The notes beneath the pieces were generated by a model. The model saw only the letters and a list, made by a program, of their open reading frames with translations. It was not told the origin of the DNA and searched no databases. 64,000 bases of DNA from Faecousia sp. (GTDB lineage Bacteria > Bacillota > Clostridia > Oscillospirales > Oscillospiraceae): the NCBI GenBank assembly GCA_045590135.1, contig JAZNQK010000035.1, positions 21,833-85,832 of the forward strand, read 5' to 3'. The position numbers were made by a program, and so were the translations under genes. Shown here in pieces: positions 57,636 through 64,000 of the stretch (position 1 is its first letter; each line of letters begins with the position of its first letter).

Positions 57636-57836
57636 TTAATCCTTTTTATTTGCTAATCGCAATTTTGATATGCCAACCACTGCAAGCTCCACGCAGACAG
57701 CAAGTGTTACGCAATATAGAACCACTCTTCCCCATTCACCAAAATTAACAGCACTGATAATCATCGCGACAGATAATCCTGCACCCACAATTCCCAAAAG
57801 CGCCAAAATTACATACAGGATATTTTTCTGCGTCAT
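57636..57836 (-). CDS. Small two-TM hypothetical membrane protein
   Basis: ATGA overlap with the recN stop; GGAG RBS inside recN; two hydrophobic segments. Confidence 0.65.
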   Translation of the reverse strand: MTQKNILYVILALLGIVGAGLSVAMIISAVNFGEWGRVVLYCVTLAVCVELAVVGISKLRLANKKD

Positions 57837-59482
57837 ATCTGCAACATCTCCTCCGCGCTTTTCAATGTTGTTTGCGTGATGTTTGCGCCACCAATGATCC
57901 GGGCAAGTTCTAACTTTCTGCCCTCTGTATCCAATGGCGTAACAGATGTGTAGGTCCTTCCCTGCCGTTCTTCTTTTGCAATCAGCAAATGCGTATTTGC
58001 AAGGGCAGCAATTTGTGGCAGGTGTGTTACACAGAGAACTTGCTTACCGTTTGCCACACTTTTCAATTTTTCTGCAACCTTCTGGGCCGCTCTGCCGGAA
58101 ACGCCTGTGTCAACTTCATCAAAGATCAATGTATCAATTTGATCTTGCTGTGCCAATACATTCTTCATTGCCAGCATGATTCTTGCCAGTTCGCCGCCGG
58201 ACGCAACCTTACTCAAAGGCTTAAGCGCCTCTCCGGCATTGGCAGACATATAAAACGCCACCGTATCCGCGCCGTCGGAAGAAAGCTCAGTTTCTGCAAA
58301 TTCGCAGGAGAACTGCACCTTTGGCATATCCAGCTGTGTCAGCTCATCCAAAATGCGCTTGCTCAGCTTCTCTGCGTGCTTGACACGGTCATTACGCAAA
58401 GTCAACGCCGCATCCCAGGCTTCCTTTTCTGCTGCAGAAAGCTTGCTTTTCAGCCGCTCCAAATGATCGTCAGCAAATTCGATATCGTCCAGTTCCTGTT
58501 TGGCATTTTCCAAATAATTAAGAATATCCTCGCAGGTAGCGCCGTACTTTCTGCGCAGCTTATGGATCACATCCAGGCGCTGCTCAATATTTTCAAGCTC
58601 GTCAGCAGAATAAGCCATATCATCCTTAGCATCCTTCAGTTCCTCTGCAACATCCTGAACCTGATACATAAGGTCAGTGATGCGCTCCTGCAAGGATGCA
58701 AAAGCATCTGTGTACCGACCCATTCGGGTCAACTCCTGCTGCGCCTGTGCAAGCAAGGATGCCGCACCGTCTGTATCATCGCTGCCGTATAAGCATTCCA
58801 CTGCAGCATAGATGCCGTCACTTAGCTTTTCGGCATTTTGAAGAACTTTGCGGCGGGCTTCCAGAGCATCGTCTTCACCGATCTGCAACTGTGCCTTTTC
58901 GATTTCAGCGATCTGATAGCGCAGCGTTTCCATACGGCGTACCTTTTCGCCCTCGTCCATGCTGATCCTGTCGATTTCCTTGCGCAGGGCGCAAACGCTT
59001 TGATACTTATCAAAATATGCTTCCCGCAAGGAATCGTTTCCGGAGAACATATCTAAGTATTCCAGGTGTTTGCCTTCGTCAAATAATGCAGCGCTGTCGT
59101 GCTGTCCGTGAATATCGATCAGCTTCGTGCCAAGCTTATTCAGTATGGAAACGGATACAAGACTTCCATTAACACGGCAAATATTTTTACCGTCAGCAAA
59201 TACATCTCTGTGGATCACGGTCTCAGAATCATACGCGACACCGTTTTCCTGAAACCAGTCCAACTCGGGCACATCGGTAAAAACAGCACGCACAGAGGCT
59301 TTCTGCGCGCCGGTACGAATCATATCCCTGTAAGCTCTGTGACCCAGAATCGCCGAAATGGCATCAATAACAATGGATTTACCTGCACCGGTCTCACCGG
59401 TAAGGACATTAAAACCGCGGTCAAAGGAAATATCAGCGCATTCGATCACCGCGATATTCTCTATATGCAGTAAGCTCAGCAC
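57833..59482 (-). CDS. recN: DNA repair protein RecN
   Basis: TGETGAGKS, IHGQH, ASGGELAR, FDEVDTGVSG, THLPQIA. Confidence 0.96.
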   Translation of the reverse strand: MLSLLHIENIAVIECADISFDRGFNVLTGETGAGKSIVIDAISAILGHRAYRDMIRTGAQKASVRAVFTDVPELDWFQENGVAYDSETVIHRDVFADGKNICRVNGSLVSVSILNKLGTKLIDIHGQHDSAALFDEGKHLEYLDMFSGNDSLREAYFDKYQSVCALRKEIDRISMDEGEKVRRMETLRYQIAEIEKAQLQIGEDDALEARRKVLQNAEKLSDGIYAAVECLYGSDDTDGAASLLAQAQQELTRMGRYTDAFASLQERITDLMYQVQDVAEELKDAKDDMAYSADELENIEQRLDVIHKLRRKYGATCEDILNYLENAKQELDDIEFADDHLERLKSKLSAAEKEAWDAALTLRNDRVKHAEKLSKRILDELTQLDMPKVQFSCEFAETELSSDGADTVAFYMSANAGEALKPLSKVASGGELARIMLAMKNVLAQQDQIDTLIFDEVDTGVSGRAAQKVAEKLKSVANGKQVLCVTHLPQIAALANTHLLIAKEERQGRTYTSVTPLDTEGRKLELARIIGGANITQTTLKSAEEMLQI

Positions 59483-59497
59483 CGCAAATTCCTCCTG

Positions 59498-59962
59498 TTA
59501 TCCGTTGATCAGATTTCTGATCTCACCGCAAAATGCTGCCGCGGCATTGGTATCGCGCATAACCACCATAACCGTATCATCACCGGAAAGACTGCCAACT
59601 ACCAGACTCATATTCATAGCATCGATGGCAGAACCGGCAGCAGAGGCCAGACCGGGCAATGTGCGGATCACAACAATGTTCTGCGCATAATCAAAGCTGA
59701 CAACGCACTCACGGAAAATGGTATTCATTCTGGTAGAGAAAGAGCTGCCCAATTCATTTGTGGGTGTGGTATAACGGTATGTTCCCATACTGGTAAGCTC
59801 TTTTACGATGCGCAGCTCCTTGATATCCCGGGAGATGGTTGCCTGCGTACCACGGAAGCCCTCCTGCTGCAAAGCTGCCAAAAGCTGTTCCTGGGTCTCA
59901 ACATTTCTGTTGGAAATAATTTCAATAATCTTCGCCTGTCTTTGACTTTTCATATTTGTCAC
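59498..59962 (-). CDS. argR: Arginine repressor
   Basis: TQEQL, TQATISRDIKEL, TLPGLA, GDDT. Confidence 0.95.
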   Translation of the reverse strand: MTNMKSQRQAKIIEIISNRNVETQEQLLAALQQEGFRGTQATISRDIKELRIVKELTSMGTYRYTTPTNELGSSFSTRMNTIFRECVVSFDYAQNIVVIRTLPGLASAAGSAIDAMNMSLVVGSLSGDDTVMVVMRDTNAAAAFCGEIRNLING

Positions 59963-59963
59963 C

Positions 59964-60824
59964 TCAGGTGTTCTTAAATTTCATATTCACGACATCATAG
60001 AAGCTGTGATCCTTCAGACGCACCAGCTTCGTGACCAGGTTGGATTTTTTAATGGTGGCAACATCGCCAATGTTCATTTTTAAGGCTCTGCCTCCATCCA
60101 CCGATAAATACGCATTTCTTCGGGCATTTTGGGTAAGTCCAATGGTAATAACACGCTTGTCCGATGCGACAATGCATCGGCTGACAATATCGTGCGCACA
60201 TATGGGCGTCAGCAAGATACCGCTTGCCTGTGGCTCTACGATCGGTCCGCCTGCAGAAAGACTGTATGCCGTGGATCCGGTGGGTGTAGCAACGATCATA
60301 CCGTCACCACCACATTCCATTGCCTGCACACCGTCACATTTCACATACAAATGCACGATTCTGGCAATGGCGCCCTTTGTCACCACAACATCATTCAGAC
60401 AGATGTCGTGGAAAATAATATCTCTGTCCCGATGAACAGTAACATCCAGCATCATTCGCTCGTCCAGCGTATAGTCATTTTGCGCCAGTCGGGAAAGCTG
60501 AGAAAGCTCTGTACTCTCCAATTCCGCCATAAAACCCATAGTGCCGATATTAACGCCCAATACAGGGATCCCATAGCGGGTGGCAGATTTTGCCATATGC
60601 AGGATCGTTCCATCGCCACCAAAGCAGATGACCATAGATGCCTCCGGCAATTCTCTGTCCAGTCGGGAGAAGTGCAGATCCTTGGGAAGATCAAAACTCT
60701 TATCCACCTCAAAAGGCAGGCATATCCTCGTCTGTACACCGGAACTGTGCAGGATCTGCATAGCCTCGCGAACTGTCTTAAAATTTCGGTCGCGGTATGG
60801 GTTTGGGGTCAGTATTACCTTCAC
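59964..60824 (-). CDS. nadK: NAD(+) kinase
   Basis: GGDGTIL, GFM, LND, DGMIVATPTGSTAYSLSAGGP; GTG start at 60824 inferred. Confidence 0.94.
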   Translation of the reverse strand: MKVILTPNPYRDRNFKTVREAMQILHSSGVQTRICLPFEVDKSFDLPKDLHFSRLDRELPEASMVICFGGDGTILHMAKSATRYGIPVLGVNIGTMGFMAELESTELSQLSRLAQNDYTLDERMMLDVTVHRDRDIIFHDICLNDVVVTKGAIARIVHLYVKCDGVQAMECGGDGMIVATPTGSTAYSLSAGGPIVEPQASGILLTPICAHDIVSRCIVASDKRVITIGLTQNARRNAYLSVDGGRALKMNIGDVATIKKSNLVTKLVRLKDHSFYDVVNMKFKNT

Positions 60825-60829
60825 AAATG

Positions 60830-61633
60830 TCACCCCTTTAATGTTTGATGTGCCAGCGAAACTACCTCCGCAGTATCCACAGGGCACCCTGGCTTATCCT
60901 CCAGGGTCAAATGTGCTAAGAATTCAATATTTCCCTCCGGGCCTTTCACTGGAGAAAATGTCAAACCGAGAATCGTAAACTCCAGTTCCCTCGTAAGGGC
61001 AACAAAGTCATCCAGGACCTCAATGTGGGTTTGGGCCTCCCGGACAACGCCTTTTTTACCCACCTTATCTCTGCCTGCCTCAAACTGCGGCTTGATCAGG
61101 CACAGCACCTGCCCGTTTTCTTTCAAAAAAGTTTTAATGACGGGCAGAACGATCCTTAGGGAGATAAAGCTGACATCTATTACAGAAAGATCCAGCGGCT
61201 CACCCAGCTGCTCAGGCGTAACATAGCGCACATTTGTACGCTCCATTACAACAACTCTCGGGTCGGAGCGGATCTTCCAGTCCAGCTGTCCGTAGCCCAC
61301 ATCGATGGCGAACACTTTTTTGGCACCTTGCTGCAGCAGGCAGTCTGTAAAGCCACCGGTGGATGCACCGGAGTCACTGCAAACATAGCCGGTAGGATCT
61401 ACCCCAAAGTCACGCAATGCCTTCTCCAGCTTCAAACCGCCACGGCTTACATAAGGACAGGCAGCGCCGCGCACTTCAATATCCACCGTTTCTTCAAAAG
61501 ATGTGCCGGGCTTGTCCGCTTTTTGTCCGGCCACATAGACCTGACCGCTCATAATGATCGCCTGCGCCTTTGTTCGGGTATCAGCATACCCTTGCTCCAC
61601 AAGAAGCACATCCAGCCTTTTTTTAATTTTCAA
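60830..61633 (-). CDS. tlyA: TlyA family rRNA 2'-O-methyltransferase
   Basis: RLDVLL, YVSRGGLKL, GASTGGFTD, DVSFISL, KPQFE, GNIEF. Confidence 0.95.
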   Translation of the reverse strand: MKIKKRLDVLLVEQGYADTRTKAQAIIMSGQVYVAGQKADKPGTSFEETVDIEVRGAACPYVSRGGLKLEKALRDFGVDPTGYVCSDSGASTGGFTDCLLQQGAKKVFAIDVGYGQLDWKIRSDPRVVVMERTNVRYVTPEQLGEPLDLSVIDVSFISLRIVLPVIKTFLKENGQVLCLIKPQFEAGRDKVGKKGVVREAQTHIEVLDDFVALTRELEFTILGLTFSPVKGPEGNIEFLAHLTLEDKPGCPVDTAEVVSLAHQTLKG

Positions 61634-63509
61634 CCTTCAGCACCTCCTGGACAGTGGCAGCGATCCCTTGCGCATCCAGTCCGTAATTATGATACAGAAC
61701 ATCCATAGCACCATGCGTAACAAAGCCATTACCCAAATCGATATTGTGTATCTGTACAGATGCGTTTTGCTTCCCAAATTCCAGAGCCAAACACTGTGCA
61801 ATGCCGCAGGACGATGCGGTCTCTTCCACAATAAACACATGTCTGGAATTGATCTTCTCAGCGATCTTCTCCATAGGAATCGGAGAAATTCCTGTCAAAC
61901 GCAGTACTTTCACACCAATGCCCTGTTGCTGCAGAATGTCCGCTGCCTGCAGGACATTACCGATCATTGTGCCATAAGTAAGGATCGTAGCATCTGTACC
62001 ATCCTTATGACAAATCAACAAGTTGTTCTCCCATTGCTCACCAGCGTCTGACCAGGCTGAATCACTAAAACCGCGATTGCCGCCACGGGGATAACGGATC
62101 GCCACAGGACCACACCCTGCGCCCGTCGCCCAGCAGAGCATATCCTTCAGCTCCAAAGTGCTTGCAGGACACAATACCGTAAGACCCGGCGCGTGACGCA
62201 AAAATCCCACATCAAAGGTACCGTGATGTGTTTCTCCGTCCTCTCCTACAAGACCTGCCCGGTCAACGGCTAAAACAACATTCAGGCCGAGCATGGAAAC
62301 ATCCTGCAAGATCATATCATATGCGCGCTGCAGGAAAGTGGAATAGATGGCAACAACAGGGCGCATCCCCTGCTTGGCAAGGCCGCCTGCCATGGAAACA
62401 GCATGCTCTTCCGCAATACCAACATCAAACAGTCTGTCAGGAAATTGTTCCTTAAACTTCAACAGACCCGTGCCACTGGGCATCGCAGCCGTAATGGCGC
62501 AAACCCTTGGATCCTTTTCCGCCAATTCACACATTGTAGCGCCAAATGCATCAGAAAATGTCTGCGTATTAGCGCCGATTGTCTGACCGGTGACAGGATC
62601 AAATTTACCAACACCGTGGAATTTGGATGGATTCTCCTCAGCCGGCTGATAGCCGTGACCCTTATGGGTCAGAACATGGATCAAAACCGGTTTTTGGAGC
62701 TGCTTTGCAATACGCAGTAAATAAATGAGTTTCTCCGTATCGTGCCCATCCACCGGCCCATAGTACTCAAAGCCCATACTTTCGAACATTGTTTCAGGAA
62801 TCAGCATACGGCGCACGCTGTCTTTAATGCTCCGGGTTATCCGGAAGAATATCTCGCCGCCAGGGAATTTAGACAATACTGCGCCATATCGGCGTTTGAT
62901 CCTCAAATACTTTCTCTTGGTGCGCAGTTTAGAAAGATGCAGCGCCATCCCGCCCACATTGCGATCAATAGACATTTCATTGTCATTGAGAATAACGATC
63001 AGCGGTTCCCCGCTAACAGCGGCATCATTCAGACCCTCATAGGCAATACCACCGGTAGCCGCGCCGTCACCCATCACAGCAATAATGTGTCTGTCTTCCT
63101 TAAGCTGTGTTCGCGCCCTTGCCATACCCAAGGCAATGGATACGGAGCTGGAAGCGTGACCGGCAACAAAGGCATCTGTCTTGCTTTCATTGGGTTTAGG
63201 GAAACCTGCAATACCGCCAAATTGACGCAAAGAAGAAAATGCCTCTTTGCGTCCGGTGAGCAGCTTATGCACATAGGACTGGTGTCCTACATCAAATACC
63301 AGTCGATCAACGCTGGTATCAAAAACCGTCTCCAGCGCCACAGTCAGCTCCACCACACCCAAATTGGAGGCGAGATGACCGCCGGTCCTGCTAATGCTGT
63401 CGACTAAGAACTCCCGCAGCTCGGCGCACAGCTGTGTTCTTTGCTGCGGATTTAATTTTTCAAGATCCTGGTGGTTACGGATATTGTCCAGTATACGCAC
63501 AGGCATCAC
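61623..63509 (-). CDS. dxs: 1-deoxy-D-xylulose-5-phosphate synthase
   Basis: GGHLASNLG, DVGHQSY, GDGA..G, NDNEMSI, DVGIAEEHA, DRAGLVGEDGETH. Confidence 0.97.
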   Translation of the reverse strand: MMPVRILDNIRNHQDLEKLNPQQRTQLCAELREFLVDSISRTGGHLASNLGVVELTVALETVFDTSVDRLVFDVGHQSYVHKLLTGRKEAFSSLRQFGGIAGFPKPNESKTDAFVAGHASSSVSIALGMARARTQLKEDRHIIAVMGDGAATGGIAYEGLNDAAVSGEPLIVILNDNEMSIDRNVGGMALHLSKLRTKRKYLRIKRRYGAVLSKFPGGEIFFRITRSIKDSVRRMLIPETMFESMGFEYYGPVDGHDTEKLIYLLRIAKQLQKPVLIHVLTHKGHGYQPAEENPSKFHGVGKFDPVTGQTIGANTQTFSDAFGATMCELAEKDPRVCAITAAMPSGTGLLKFKEQFPDRLFDVGIAEEHAVSMAGGLAKQGMRPVVAIYSTFLQRAYDMILQDVSMLGLNVVLAVDRAGLVGEDGETHHGTFDVGFLRHAPGLTVLCPASTLELKDMLCWATGAGCGPVAIRYPRGGNRGFSDSAWSDAGEQWENNLLICHKDGTDATILTYGTMIGNVLQAADILQQQGIGVKVLRLTGISPIPMEKIAEKINSRHVFIVEETASSCGIAQCLALEFGKQNASVQIHNIDLGNGFVTHGAMDVLYHNYGLDAQGIAATVQEVLKVEN

Positions 63510-63521
63510 AACCTAACTTAA

Positions 63522-64000
63522 TTATTTCTTTTTACAAAACAGCCTGGGAATGTTGCGCAGAAAATAAATCACCTTACCGACTCCTGATACGATCGCAGTG
63601 CAGGAATTAATGGCGAATGTCTTTCCAACGGCCTTGCCGCCCACAGTAAGACCTGCAACCAGCGCAGACATTACCAGTGATACGATCCTGGGCCAGGTAA
63701 ATTCAAAGTTTTGAAGGATCTGCGCCGCAATTGTGGCAGATGCACTACCGGAAACAACGCCGCAGATATCGCCGATCACATCATTGCAGATCGAGCTGAC
63801 GCGCTCCGCATTTCGCAGTAAGCGAATAGCCTCCGCGCTGCCCGGAACTTTTCTTGCTGCCATTGAATGAAAGGGCTTTTCGTCGGCAGATGTTACCGCA
63901 ACACCGATCACATCGAAAATGATACCGATCAACACGATTGCAAGCAGGATGCAAAATGCTACGGCAATGTTGCTTGCAGCCATAATCTCATCTGAGATCA
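63522..64000 (-). CDS. Membrane protein resembling the CNNM/DUF21 transmembrane domain, 5' end outside the window
   Basis: Frame open to the window end; IGIIFDVIGVAVTSA.EKPFHSMAA, CNDVIGDICG, TVGGKAVGK. Confidence 0.7.
   Translation of the reverse strand, partial: ISDEIMAASNIAVAFCILLAIVLIGIIFDVIGVAVTSADEKPFHSMAARKVPGSAEAIRLLRNAERVSSICNDVIGDICGVVSGSASATIAAQILQNFEFTWPRIVSLVMSALVAGLTVGGKAVGKTFAINSCTAIVSGVGKVIYFLRNIPRLFCKKK

Noticed and set aside
4000-63407. Many long antisense or alternate-frame ORFs (e.g. 4000..4872, 17608..18420, 39460..40401, 57989..58792)
   Set aside because: They overlap well-supported genes and show no recognisable motifs; typical shadow ORFs.
1-64000. Mobile elements, prophage, anti-phage defence islands, tRNA or rRNA genes
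   Set aside because: No transposase, integrase, phage, cas or restriction genes and no cloverleaf or rRNA sequence recognised; the larger intergenic gaps are explained by T-boxes, the attenuator and the 34.7-35.0 kb region.

Overview
Chromosomal core-genome window from a spore-forming clostridial Firmicute (Oscillospiraceae-like by gene content; inference). It holds pheST, cysS and tyrS, each behind a T-box with the matching specifier codon, plus ireB, spoVAD-spoVAE, addAB, ispE, a complete aroF-tyrA-aroB-aroA-aroC-pheA-aroE/K-aroQ operon extended by a siroheme-type reductase and a BtuFCD/FecBCDE-like ABC importer, polA-rimI-tsaD, copA, queA-tgt-yajC, dapA and dxs-tlyA-nadK-argR-recN. I saw no IS element, prophage, CRISPR array, tRNA or rRNA. 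The most notable signals are absent from the ORF track: (1) a 22-aa leader peptide with 11 Phe/Tyr codons and a full attenuator structure ahead of the aro operon; (2) a 52-aa peptide that is 87% Asn/Gln, with a strong RBS, directly behind spoVAE; (3) an internal RBS and ATG in copA that could yield a free CopZ-like chaperone; (4) an orphan mazF with a structured leader carrying UACAU; (5) a DnaA-box cluster in a 400-bp non-coding gap; (6) sporulation-type promoters whose -10 box sits in the loop of an inverted repeat that reaches the RBS. A divergent pair of single-pass membrane proteins (degenerate Ser/Thr kinase-FN3 and Zn-ribbon-Ig) is also of interest. All family assignments come from motif recognition by eye, not database searches.
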